A stretch of DNA of 64,000 bases from a bacterium. Its GTDB lineage: Bacteria; Bacillota_I; Bacilli_A; RF39; UBA660. The number at the start of each line of letters is the position of its first letter. Positions within the stretch are counted from its first letter, which is position 1. Made by a program: the position numbers and the translations under genes. The notes under the pieces are model-generated. The model was given only the letters and a program-made list of their open reading frames with translations, made no database searches and had not been told where the DNA came from. Below are positions 19,608 through 28,332 of this stretch, piece by piece. The stretch spans positions 2,732 to 66,731 of the forward strand of contig JAQXPH010000012.1 in the NCBI GenBank assembly GCA_029100545.1, given 5' to 3'.

Positions 19608-20222
19608 TTATTTTTCTTCGATATAACTTATAACAACATGTCTATTTGGTTCCTCACCTGTACTTTTTGAAGATATATTTTTAAAATTTGCAAGTGCATT
19701 ATGTACAACTCTTCTTTCATAAGAATTCATATTTTCTAAATGCACTTCAATTTTAGTTTTAAGCACTTCTTTAGCTGTTTGTTTTGCTAGTTTTTCAAGT
19801 TTTGCTATTTTTTTATCTTTATAATTTTCAACATCCAATGAAATTACAAAATACATACCAGTTTCTAATTGTATTTTTTGTCTAACCAAGTTTTCTAAAG
19901 ATTTTAATGTATTTCCATTATGCCCTATTAAAACACTATTATTATTTGAGTACATTTTAATAATTGTTCTATCATCTACTTTTTTAGTTTCAAAAGTTAC
20001 TTCTAAACCTAAGTTATTAATTACCTGTTTTAAAAATTCTTTTGCAAAATCATATATATCATTTTTTTTATAAACAATAACTTCTACTGTTCCAGATTTA
20101 AACAATCCTTTTTTCATTGTTCCAGTTTTATATATAACCTCATCTTGGGTTAAATTATTTTCTTCGAGTATACTTGCTAATATATCTTCAAAATTTTTAC
20201 CAGTTTTACTTATTTTTTCCAT
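19608..20222 (-). CDS. jag: Jag/KhpB RNA-binding protein (KH + R3H domains)
   Basis: Jag_N, KH (IGHNGNTLKSLE) and R3H (YERRVVHNAL) domains. Overlaps the yidC stop. Confidence 0.85.
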   Translation of the reverse strand: MEKISKTGKNFEDILASILEENNLTQDEVIYKTGTMKKGLFKSGTVEVIVYKKNDIYDFAKEFLKQVINNLGLEVTFETKKVDDRTIIKMYSNNNSVLIGHNGNTLKSLENLVRQKIQLETGMYFVISLDVENYKDKKIAKLEKLAKQTAKEVLKTKIEVHLENMNSYERRVVHNALANFKNISSKSTGEEPNRHVVISYIEEK

Positions 20223-21276
20223 ACTTTAATCCTTCCTTTATTTTTAATTTTTCTTTAATAGTTTTGACTTTCTTAACAGATTTTTTTTCATCATGTTTTT
20301 GAAGAAGTTTAATAACATATGATTGAAGGAACATAAATGAATAAGTTACTACCCAATAAAGTGCTATTGCTGTTGGTAAACTAAATGAAGCAAAACCAAT
20401 AAATACAGTCATAAAGATTAGCATCATTTTTGATTGTTTTTCTGCACCAGGAATTGCACTATTAGCATTGGCACTTTGTTTCATTGTAAGTTTAAAAGAA
20501 AAATATGTTGATAAAATAATTAATACTACTAATATTAAAAATGAATATTGATGATTTTTAAATATTCCAATACTTGGTGTTGTACCTAAATTCCATCCAA
20601 ATATTTTTCCTTCATAAATTGTTGGTATTTTATAAATTGCTTCAAGGAAAGCAAAAAATACAGGTAATTGAATTAAAGATAATAAACAACTTGTTGTAGG
20701 ATTTACTTTATACTTCTTATATATTGCCATCATTTCTTGTTGTTTTAAAAGCATAGCTTCATTTGAAGAATCATTAGCATATTTCTTTTCTAACTTTTGA
20801 ATCTCAGGAGTTGCTTTTTTAATATTTTCACTTTGTTTTTGATTTTTTATAGAAAAAGGTAATAATATTAATCTGATTAATAAACCAATTAACATAACTG
20901 AAATTCCCAAATATGAATTAGTTAAACCTATATTTTTAAATAAACTACCTACTTTTAATATAATATAAGCAAGTGGTTTTACAAATAAAAATTGCCATAA
21001 ACTATTTGTTTTATTAGAATTTAATTTAAATTCGTCACAACTAGGTAATTTAGATAACTTAATATCCATTTGATCTTCGTATTTTTCATATAAATTATAT
21101 GTTTCATCACCTTCACTTGGCTTACAATAAATATTTTTTTGTAAACTTTGACCAGTCTTTTCATTTGTTACAATTTTTCCTTTATCATCTTTTATATAAT
21201 TATTTGATCCACAACCTGTTGTTAATAGTATAACTATTATTAGTATTATAGATAAATACTTTTTCTTTTTTTGCAT
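20206..21276 (-). CDS. yidC: Membrane protein insertase YidC/SpoIIIJ-type lipoprotein
   Basis: Lipobox LLTTGCGS and the 60-kDa IMP core (MMAIYKKYKVNP...QLPVFFA). ~90-aa extra N-terminal domain. Confidence 0.9.
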   Translation of the reverse strand: MQKKKKYLSIILIIVILLTTGCGSNNYIKDDKGKIVTNEKTGQSLQKNIYCKPSEGDETYNLYEKYEDQMDIKLSKLPSCDEFKLNSNKTNSLWQFLFVKPLAYIILKVGSLFKNIGLTNSYLGISVMLIGLLIRLILLPFSIKNQKQSENIKKATPEIQKLEKKYANDSSNEAMLLKQQEMMAIYKKYKVNPTTSCLLSLIQLPVFFAFLEAIYKIPTIYEGKIFGWNLGTTPSIGIFKNHQYSFLILVVLIILSTYFSFKLTMKQSANANSAIPGAEKQSKMMLIFMTVFIGFASFSLPTAIALYWVVTYSFMFLQSYVIKLLQKHDEKKSVKKVKTIKEKLKIKEGLKYGKNK

Positions 21277-21611
21277 TATATACCTCCTAATAAATCAATT
21301 AATGATAATTCGTTTTGTTTAAAAGAATTTAATAAAAAACCCTTCCTTATAATTATAATATAATTATTATATTTTTTAAATAATAAATTATTTAAGTAAA
21401 CCATATTTCTCACTTGTCTCTTACATTTATTTCTTATTACAGCATTACCAATTTTCTTTGGAGCGGTAATACCAAATTTAGGAGTCATTTCGTTTTTTTG
21501 TTTATAAAATATAATAAATTCACTATTTGAAATTTTTTTCCCATTATTTATTATTTCATTAAATTTTGTATTATCCTTAACTATATATTCTTTATTCATA
21601 CATACCTTCAT
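21276..21611 (-). CDS. rnpA: Ribonuclease P protein component
   Basis: Basic ~110-aa protein (GNAVIRNKCKRQVRN) between rpmH and yidC. Alternative start at ATG 21599. Confidence 0.85.
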   Translation of the reverse strand: MKVCMNKEYIVKDNTKFNEIINNGKKISNSEFIIFYKQKNEMTPKFGITAPKKIGNAVIRNKCKRQVRNMVYLNNLLFKKYNNYIIIIRKGFLLNSFKQNELSLIDLLGGI

Positions 21612-21640
21612 TTAAAAAAAACCACAACAAAGTGGTCTTT
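21612..21640 (-). terminator. Hairpin plus T-run between rpmH and rnpA (partial terminator/attenuator)
   Basis: Minus strand reads ACCAC-TTTGTT-GTGGT followed by TTTTTTTT. Confidence 0.4.
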
Positions 21641-21762
21641 TATTTACTTAAAACTTTTCTACCTTTTCTACGACGATTTGATAATACTTTACCATTTTTT
21701 CTTGAAAAAAATCCATGAGTCTTTTTCATTTTTCTATTATTTGGTTGATATGTTCTTTTCAT
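21640..21762 (-). CDS. rpmH: 50S ribosomal protein L34
   Basis: Not in the ORF track (40 aa). Hand translation gives [40 protein letters not shown]. Sits upstream of rnpA. Confidence 0.9.
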   Translation of the reverse strand: MKRTYQPNNRKMKKTHGFFSRKNGKVLSNRRRKGRKVLSK

Positions 21763-21849
21763 ATTAATACACTTTCTCCTTTTCTATAGCGTAAATATTA
21801 TAATATTAAAAATAATATTTAGTCAAGTAAAAAGAAACAATAAAAATAA

Positions 21850-22013
21850 TTTTCAACATTTTATCAACAAATTACCAACAATAAATTAACATATTCAACA
21901 ACCAATTAACAACAAATAAAAAGTTATCAACATTTAAATTTTGTTGAAACTGTTGATAACTTGTGATATCCTAGTAAACAAAAGAAAAAAATGTTGATAA
22001 TTTGTGTGGAAAA
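21850..22013. promoter_or_regulatory. oriC part 1: DnaA-box cluster upstream of dnaA
   Basis: Exact TTATCAACA at 21861 and 21924. Complement TGTTGATAA at 21951 and 21992. Near-variants: TTTTCAACA 21850, TTACCAACA 21872, TATTCAACA 21892, GTTTCAACA (complement) 21943, TTTTCCACA (complement) 22005. Confidence 0.75.
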
Positions 22014-22095
22014 AATGTTATTAGTTTTTTTTACTTTAACTTTTATAAAAAATGAAGTAAAATAAGGTTGTAAAAAATTATATGTGGGGTAAGGT

Positions 22096-23463
22096 ATGAA
22101 AATAGAAGAACTATATAATACTTTTTTAGAAGAAATTGAACAAATTGTTAGCATTAATGTATATAATGTTTGGTTTTCTAAAATTAAGTTTTTATCAATA
22201 GATGATAATAATTTAGAAATACTGGTACCAATGAGTATTCATAAACAAATGCTTTCAGAAAACTATAAAGATATAATTGATAATATTCTTCTTAATATAA
22301 CGGGTAAAACTTATAATATTAAATACTTAACTGAGGAAGAATATAAAGAAATAGAAAATCAAAATAATGATAACTTACAAAATAATATAAATAAAGATTA
22401 TAATGTTGATGAAATGTGGGAAACAAATTTAAATCCCAAATTCACTTTTGAAAATTTTGTTGTTGGTGATTCAAATAGATTAGCCGTTGTTTCAGCTCAT
22501 GCTGTCGCAGAAAATCCAGGCTCAATTCATAATCCATTATTTTTATACGGAAAAAGTGGAATAGGTAAAACACATTTAATGCATGCAATAGGTAATTATA
22601 TTATAAATCATTCTAACAAAAAAGTTTTATATGTTACTAGTAATGATTTTGTTGAAGATTATACAGGAATAGCATATTTAGAAAAAGGCATTAATTCAAT
22701 AAATTATGCAAAAAACTTTAAAGATAAATATAAAAATGTTGATGTATTAATAATTGACGATATACAATTTTTAGTAGGAGCAGATAAATCTCAACAAGAA
22801 TTTTTTCATACATTTAATGCTTTATATCAGTCAAATAAACAAATTATAATTAGTTCCGATAGATCACCTGATGATTTAAAAAGAATAGAAGATAGATTAC
22901 GAAGTAGGTTTATGTGGGGATTACCTGTTGATATTTATCCACCTGATTTTGCTTTAAGATGTAAAATTATTCGTACAAAAATCAAAAATTCTTCGTTAGA
23001 AAATCGTTTAAATGATGAGGTTATTGAATACATTGCAAATTCGTGTCAAAATGATATTAGATTTATAGAAGGTACAATAAATAGATTAATGGCATACACA
23101 GCTATGATGGTACCTGAAAAAATTGATTTAAATTTTGCCATTGAAGCTTTAAAAGATTATTTAAGTGTTAATATATATGCTGATAATTCAATTAGTAAAA
23201 TTCAAAAAACTGTTGCAGACTATTTTGGAATAACAGTGAGTGACTTAAAAAGTAAGAAAAAGGTATCCAATATTAGTAAACCAAGACATATTGCAATTTA
23301 TTTATGTCGGGTTGAGACCGATGAAAAACTTGAAAGAATTGGATTAGAATTTGGAGGGAGGGATCATTCAACAATATCTTCGTCATATGATAAAATGGTA
23401 AATGATTTAAAAAAAGATGAAAAATTAAATACTATAATCAAAGAAATAAAAAACAAGTTATAA
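22096..23463 (+). CDS. dnaA: Chromosomal replication initiator protein DnaA
   Basis: 455 aa. AAA+ motif GKSGIGKTHL, box VII/sensor regions, and a domain IV HTH (IGLEFGGRDHSTI). Confidence 0.97.
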   Translation: MKIEELYNTFLEEIEQIVSINVYNVWFSKIKFLSIDDNNLEILVPMSIHKQMLSENYKDIIDNILLNITGKTYNIKYLTEEEYKEIENQNNDNLQNNINKDYNVDEMWETNLNPKFTFENFVVGDSNRLAVVSAHAVAENPGSIHNPLFLYGKSGIGKTHLMHAIGNYIINHSNKKVLYVTSNDFVEDYTGIAYLEKGINSINYAKNFKDKYKNVDVLIIDDIQFLVGADKSQQEFFHTFNALYQSNKQIIISSDRSPDDLKRIEDRLRSRFMWGLPVDIYPPDFALRCKIIRTKIKNSSLENRLNDEVIEYIANSCQNDIRFIEGTINRLMAYTAMMVPEKIDLNFAIEALKDYLSVNIYADNSISKIQKTVADYFGITVSDLKSKKKVSNISKPRHIAIYLCRVETDEKLERIGLEFGGRDHSTISSSYDKMVNDLKKDEKLNTIIKEIKNKL

Positions 23464-23466
23464 ATT

Positions 23467-23536
23467 TGTTGATAACTTTTTTAATTATTTTAGTAAAAAA
23501 ACTACTAAATTAATAAAAAAAAACAATTTATCAACA
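23467..23536. promoter_or_regulatory. oriC part 2: two DnaA boxes and an AT-rich tract between dnaA and dnaN
   Basis: TGTTGATAA at 23467-23475 and TTATCAACA at 23528-23536, flanking and followed by A/T-only runs (candidate unwinding element). Confidence 0.55.
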
Positions 23537-23597
23537 TTATTAACCTTATAAGTATAATAATAATTATTTAATAATAAAAGAAAGAAGGAATGAAAAT

Positions 23598-24713
23598 ATG
23601 AAATTTACAATTAAAAAAAATATAATTTTAGAAGCATTATCAAATGCAGTTAGAGCAATATCAACAAAAATAACTATACCAGTTCTTAATGGAATATTAT
23701 TTAATTTAACTGAGTTAGGTTTAGAAATTCAAGCAAGTGATAGTGAACTTACAATTAAAACAACAATTGATAATAAAGATATTATTAATATTGAGCAATG
23801 TGGAAGTGCTGTTTTACAGAGCAGATGTTTAATAGATATTATCAGAAAAATGCCTAATGATATTATTAATTTTGAATTAACAGAAAATAATAATATAAAA
23901 ATTTATTCACAAATAAATGAATATATTATCGAATGTTATAATATATTAGAATACCCAAATATAAATTTGGAAAAAAGTGAAAATATTATTAAAATTAAAT
24001 CAAAATTAATTAAAGAAATGATTAATCAAACATCATATGCTATGTCAACACAAGAAGTTAGACCATTATTAACAGGGCTTAACCTAAAAATAAATGGGGA
24101 TATTCTTGAATGTACTGGTACTGATTCATATAGATTAGCTAAAAAAGTTGTAAAATTAGATGAACCTATTTATAATAGTATAAATATCGTTATTCCCGGA
24201 AAAAGTGTTAATGAATTAGTTAATATATTAAAAGAAGATGGAGATGTTGAAATAAATTTATTTAAAAATAAAGTATTATTTATTTATGATAATATTTTAT
24301 TTCAAACTTCTTTATTAAATGGCGCTTATCCTGATACTAGTAACTATATTCCGAAGGATTTTAGCTATATGATTAATTTAAATTTAAAAGAATTTTATAG
24401 TGCTATTGATAGAGCATCAACAATAATGCTTGGAAAAGATAAAAATATAATAAAAATGCAAATTGATAATAAGAAAATGACATTATATGGATCATCTTCA
24501 GATAGTAAATGCAAAGAAGAACTAAGTATAGATTGTAATAATAAAGAAAAACTTGAAATAAGTTATTCATCAAAATATATGTTAGATGCATTAAAAGTTT
24601 TAGATAGTGAAAATATAATATTATTAATTAATGGAGATGATAAACCAATTATTATTAATAGTGTTTCTGATGATACAATAATTGAATTAATTTTACCAAT
24701 TAAAACATATTAA
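23598..24713 (+). CDS. dnaN: DNA polymerase III beta sliding clamp
   Basis: 371 aa, three-domain clamp (PVLNGILF, TGTDSYRLA). Follows dnaA. Confidence 0.95.
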   Translation: MKFTIKKNIILEALSNAVRAISTKITIPVLNGILFNLTELGLEIQASDSELTIKTTIDNKDIINIEQCGSAVLQSRCLIDIIRKMPNDIINFELTENNNIKIYSQINEYIIECYNILEYPNINLEKSENIIKIKSKLIKEMINQTSYAMSTQEVRPLLTGLNLKINGDILECTGTDSYRLAKKVVKLDEPIYNSINIVIPGKSVNELVNILKEDGDVEINLFKNKVLFIYDNILFQTSLLNGAYPDTSNYIPKDFSYMINLNLKEFYSAIDRASTIMLGKDKNIIKMQIDNKKMTLYGSSSDSKCKEELSIDCNNKEKLEISYSSKYMLDALKVLDSENIILLINGDDKPIIINSVSDDTIIELILPIKTY

Positions 24714-24723
24714 TATTTCAATA

Positions 24724-24730
24724 TTCGACA
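24724..24730 (+). promoter_or_regulatory. Exact Spo0A-box heptamer (TTCGACA) upstream of the comK-like gene
   Basis: Lies 46 bp upstream of the ATG at 24776 and just upstream of a TATGATAAT -10-like element. Confidence 0.3.
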
Positions 24731-24775
24731 TTATTTATGTATTTTTTATGATAATTATATATTTGTGGGGGAATT

Positions 24776-25219
24776 ATGGACAAATATATAATTAATATAA
24801 ATACTTTGGTTTTAATGGATAATGGAGATAATTCTACAAAAATAATAGAAAAATATATTACTTTTAATATAAATAATAATATTTACAATATTATTGACGA
24901 AAGTTGTAAATTTTATGGTAGCTCATTTAAAGGGAGATGTAAAAGTACTGAATATTTATTAGGTATAAAATTAAAAGTACCAATTATAATAAGTGAAAGC
25001 AAAAAAATAATATTTTTTCCTACTATGTCAATTCAAAATAAAAATTGTGTTTGGTTTAATTTAAATTCCGTTGATAAATATTATACTATTGACAATTTAT
25101 TTTTAAATATTTCTTTAATAAATGATTTACAAATTAAAATTAAATGTTCAAATTATACATTTAATAATCAATATTTAAAAGCAATGCGATTAAAATCAAT
25201 TTTAAAAAAGAATTTGTAA
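24776..25219 (+). CDS. ComK-family transcription factor (short, 147 aa)
   Basis: By-eye alignment to B. subtilis ComK: KIIEK, IIDESCKFYGSSFKGR (vs IVDRSCRFFGSSYAGR), KVPIII...IIFFPTMS (vs KPPIMV...IFLFPTLS), C-x-W, and F-NQ...A--L. RBS GTGGGGGA. Confidence 0.7.
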   Translation: MDKYIININTLVLMDNGDNSTKIIEKYITFNINNNIYNIIDESCKFYGSSFKGRCKSTEYLLGIKLKVPIIISESKKIIFFPTMSIQNKNCVWFNLNSVDKYYTIDNLFLNISLINDLQIKIKCSNYTFNNQYLKAMRLKSILKKNL

Positions 25220-25320
25220 ATAATTCTTTTTTTTAGGTTAAATTTATGATATAATATCCTTGTGTGTAGGAGTACGAAAAAGGGTATAATTTTAATAATT
25301 TTATCTTAAAAGAGGCAAAA

Positions 25321-26400
25321 ATGGAAATCACTAATTTAAAACTAGTAAATTATCGTAATTATAATCAAATTAATATTAATTTTTCTAAAAATATTAATAT
25401 TATATATGGAAATAATGGAACTGGGAAGTCAAATTTAATTGAAGCAATATATTTATTATCATTGACTAAATCTTTTAGAACTCTTGATGATAAAAATTTG
25501 ATAAAAAAAGGTAATAATACAGCTTTAGTAAAAGGTATTATAGATAATATAGTATATTTTATTGAACTTAGTACAACAATGAAAAAAACATTTATTAATA
25601 ATAAAAAAATAAATAAAATTGGAGACTATATATCAAAAGTAAATATTGTTCTTTTTAATCCTCTTGACACAAAAATTTTGACTGATTCACCAAGTGTACG
25701 TAGGAAAATGTTAAACATTGAAATTTCTCAAATTAATAAAGATTATATTAATTTATTAAGTAATTATAATAGAGTATTAAAACATAGAAATGCATATTTA
25801 AAACAGTTATTTTTAAATGGAAATTCATCACTAGATTATCTTAATATTTTAACAACAAAACTTATTGATTTAGGAATAGAATTATATAATATTAGAAGTA
25901 ATTATATTGAACAGATTAACAATAACTTAACTGATATTTATAAAAAAATATTTGATTATGGCGAATTAAAGATTAAATATATTACTAATTTTAATAAAAA
26001 TAAAGATGATATATTAAAATTATTTCAAAAAAATTATAAGAAAGAAATATCATATGGAAAAACAATTTTTGGTGTACATCATGATGATATAGAATTTGTT
26101 TTAGATGATTACAATATTAAAGAATATGGCAGTGTTGGTCAACAAAAAAATTCTATTATATCATTTAAATTAGCAGAATTACCTATTATTAAGAAAATAA
26201 ATGGGACTTACCCTATATTAATTTTAGATGATTTATTTAGTGAATTGGATAATAAAAAAATAAATAATATAATAAATATGTTAAATAATGAAGTACAAAC
26301 TTTTATAACGACAACTGATATAGATAAAGTAGATAAAAATTTATTAAAAGATAGTTATATATATTGTACAAATAATGAAAAAATTGAAAGGATTGATTAA
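25321..26400 (+). CDS. recF: DNA replication and repair protein RecF
   Basis: Walker [14 protein letters not shown], signature SVGQQK, Walker [12 protein letters not shown]. Confidence 0.95.
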   Translation: MEITNLKLVNYRNYNQININFSKNINIIYGNNGTGKSNLIEAIYLLSLTKSFRTLDDKNLIKKGNNTALVKGIIDNIVYFIELSTTMKKTFINNKKINKIGDYISKVNIVLFNPLDTKILTDSPSVRRKMLNIEISQINKDYINLLSNYNRVLKHRNAYLKQLFLNGNSSLDYLNILTTKLIDLGIELYNIRSNYIEQINNNLTDIYKKIFDYGELKIKYITNFNKNKDDILKLFQKNYKKEISYGKTIFGVHHDDIEFVLDDYNIKEYGSVGQQKNSIISFKLAELPIIKKINGTYPILILDDLFSELDNKKINNIINMLNNEVQTFITTTDIDKVDKNLLKDSYIYCTNNEKIERID

Positions 26401-26402
26401 AT

Positions 26403-28322
26403 ATGGCAGAACATTATAATGCTTCGGATATTCAAGTGCTTGAAGGTTTAGAAGCAGTAAGAAAAAGACCTGGAATGTATATAGGTACTACTGATGTAAA
26501 AGGATTACATCATTTAGTTTGGGAAATTGTTGATAATTCAATAGATGAAGCTTTAGCAGGTTATTGTAAAAATATTGAAGTTATTGTAAATAAAGATAAC
26601 TCAGTTACAGTAAGAGATGATGGACGTGGAATTCCTGTTGAAATACATCCTAAAACTGGATTATCTACAGTAGAAACAGTATATACTGTTTTACATGCTG
26701 GAGGTAAATTTGGTGGAGGAGGCTACAAAGTTTCTGGTGGTCTTCATGGTGTTGGTGCATCTGTTGTTAATGCTTTATCATCTTGGGTTGAAGTTAAAGT
26801 TTACAAAAATGGTAAAGTTTATTTTGTTAGATTTGAAAATGGTGGACATACAGTTGAAAAATTACATGAAATTGGTGATTGTGAATCAAATAGAACTGGA
26901 ACTTCCGTTACTTTTAAACCGGATTCTGAAATATTTGATACTACTATTTATGACTATGAAACTTTAAAAGTTAGAATAAGAGAACTTGCTTTTTTAAATC
27001 GTGGTTTAAGAATAACATTAAGAGATGATAGAGATGAAGAAGATACAACAGGAGATACATTTTTATATGAGGGTGGAATTTCTGAATATGTAAAATTTAT
27101 TAATAAAAATAAAACTCCAATACATGAAGATATTATTCATTTAGAGGGTAGTGAGGATGGTGTATTTTTTGAAGTTGCACTACAATATAATGATGGTTAT
27201 AACGATAATATTTACTCTTTTGTTAATAATATTAATACTCATGATGGAGGAACACATGAAGAAGGAGTAAGAAGGGCATTAACTAGAGTAGTAAATAATT
27301 ATGCAAGAAAAGCAAATATTTTAAAAGAAAAAGATGAGTCTTTAACTGGTGATGATGTTAAGGAAGGTTTAACAATGATTATATCGTGTAAACATCCTAA
27401 CCCACAGTTTGAAGGTCAAACTAAAGGAAGATTAGGTAATTCAGAAGTAAGAAAACTAGCGGATAATGTATTTGCGGAGGGATTTGAAAAATTTTTATTA
27501 GAAAATCCAAGTGATGCTAAAGTCATTGTTGAAAAAGCTATGCTTGCTTGTAGAGCTAGAAATGCTGCGAAAAAAGCAAGAGAAATAACTAGAAAAACTG
27601 ACTTAGCTGTTTCAAATTTTTTTGGAAAATTATGTGATTGTAAAAGTAAGGATCCAAAAGAAAGTGAAATATTTATAGTCGAGGGAGATAGTGCTGGTGG
27701 ATCTGCCAAAAAAGGAAGAGATTCAATGACACAAGCTATTCTTCCATTAAGAGGAAAAATACTTAATGTAGAAAAAAATCGATTGGATAGAGCATTAAAT
27801 AATGCTGAAATAAGGTCTATTATTACTGCATTTGGTACAGGTATAGGTGATGAGTTTAATTTAGATAAACTAAGATATGACAAAATTATTATTATGACAG
27901 ATGCAGATGTTGACGGAGCTCATATTAGAATATTATTGTTAACATTATTTTATCGTTTTTTTAGACCAATTGTTGAAAATGGCCATGTTTATGCTGCTCA
28001 ACCACCTTTATTTAGAATAAGATATGGTAAGACAAGAAAATATGTATTAGATGAAAAAGAAAAAGATGCATATTTAAATACTTTACCTGAAAATGTAAGA
28101 AATAGAGTAGAAATAACAAGAATGAAAGGATTAGGTGAAATGGATCCTGAAGAATTAAATGAAACAACAATGGATATTGAAAAAAGAACTTTAAGAAAGA
28201 TTGTAGTTGACGATTGCATGGCAGCAGATGAAATATTTAGTAAACTTATGGGTGATGAAGTCGAACCACGTAGACAATTTATTGAAGAAAATGCCATAAA
28301 TGTTCAAAATTTAGATATTTAA
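26403..28322 (+). CDS. gyrB: DNA gyrase subunit B
   Basis: GHKL ATPase ([29 protein letters not shown]) and Toprim ([25 protein letters not shown]). Confidence 0.98.
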   Translation: MAEHYNASDIQVLEGLEAVRKRPGMYIGTTDVKGLHHLVWEIVDNSIDEALAGYCKNIEVIVNKDNSVTVRDDGRGIPVEIHPKTGLSTVETVYTVLHAGGKFGGGGYKVSGGLHGVGASVVNALSSWVEVKVYKNGKVYFVRFENGGHTVEKLHEIGDCESNRTGTSVTFKPDSEIFDTTIYDYETLKVRIRELAFLNRGLRITLRDDRDEEDTTGDTFLYEGGISEYVKFINKNKTPIHEDIIHLEGSEDGVFFEVALQYNDGYNDNIYSFVNNINTHDGGTHEEGVRRALTRVVNNYARKANILKEKDESLTGDDVKEGLTMIISCKHPNPQFEGQTKGRLGNSEVRKLADNVFAEGFEKFLLENPSDAKVIVEKAMLACRARNAAKKAREITRKTDLAVSNFFGKLCDCKSKDPKESEIFIVEGDSAGGSAKKGRDSMTQAILPLRGKILNVEKNRLDRALNNAEIRSIITAFGTGIGDEFNLDKLRYDKIIIMTDADVDGAHIRILLLTLFYRFFRPIVENGHVYAAQPPLFRIRYGKTRKYVLDEKEKDAYLNTLPENVRNRVEITRMKGLGEMDPEELNETTMDIEKRTLRKIVVDDCMAADEIFSKLMGDEVEPRRQFIEENAINVQNLDI

Positions 28323-28332
28323 GGAGGTACTT

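Noticed and set aside
21927-22154. 75-aa minus-strand ORF spanning the dnaA upstream region
   Set aside because: It overlaps the DnaA-box cluster and the dnaA start. It has no RBS and a nonsense-like sequence, so it is an artefact of oriC DNA.
24190-24200. Noc-binding-site-like half sites (TTCCCGGA at about 24190 and about 46940)
   Set aside because: Only half-palindromes occur, and they lie inside coding sequence. No full ATTTCCCGGGAAAT-type site exists, and the single ParB-family protein matches the parS-type system.
26695-26967. Same-strand alternative-frame ORFs within gyrB (26695-26967) and metG (41989-42273)
   Set aside because: They are embedded in genes whose main frame has unambiguous full-length homology. 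No frameshift signal or RBS was seen.
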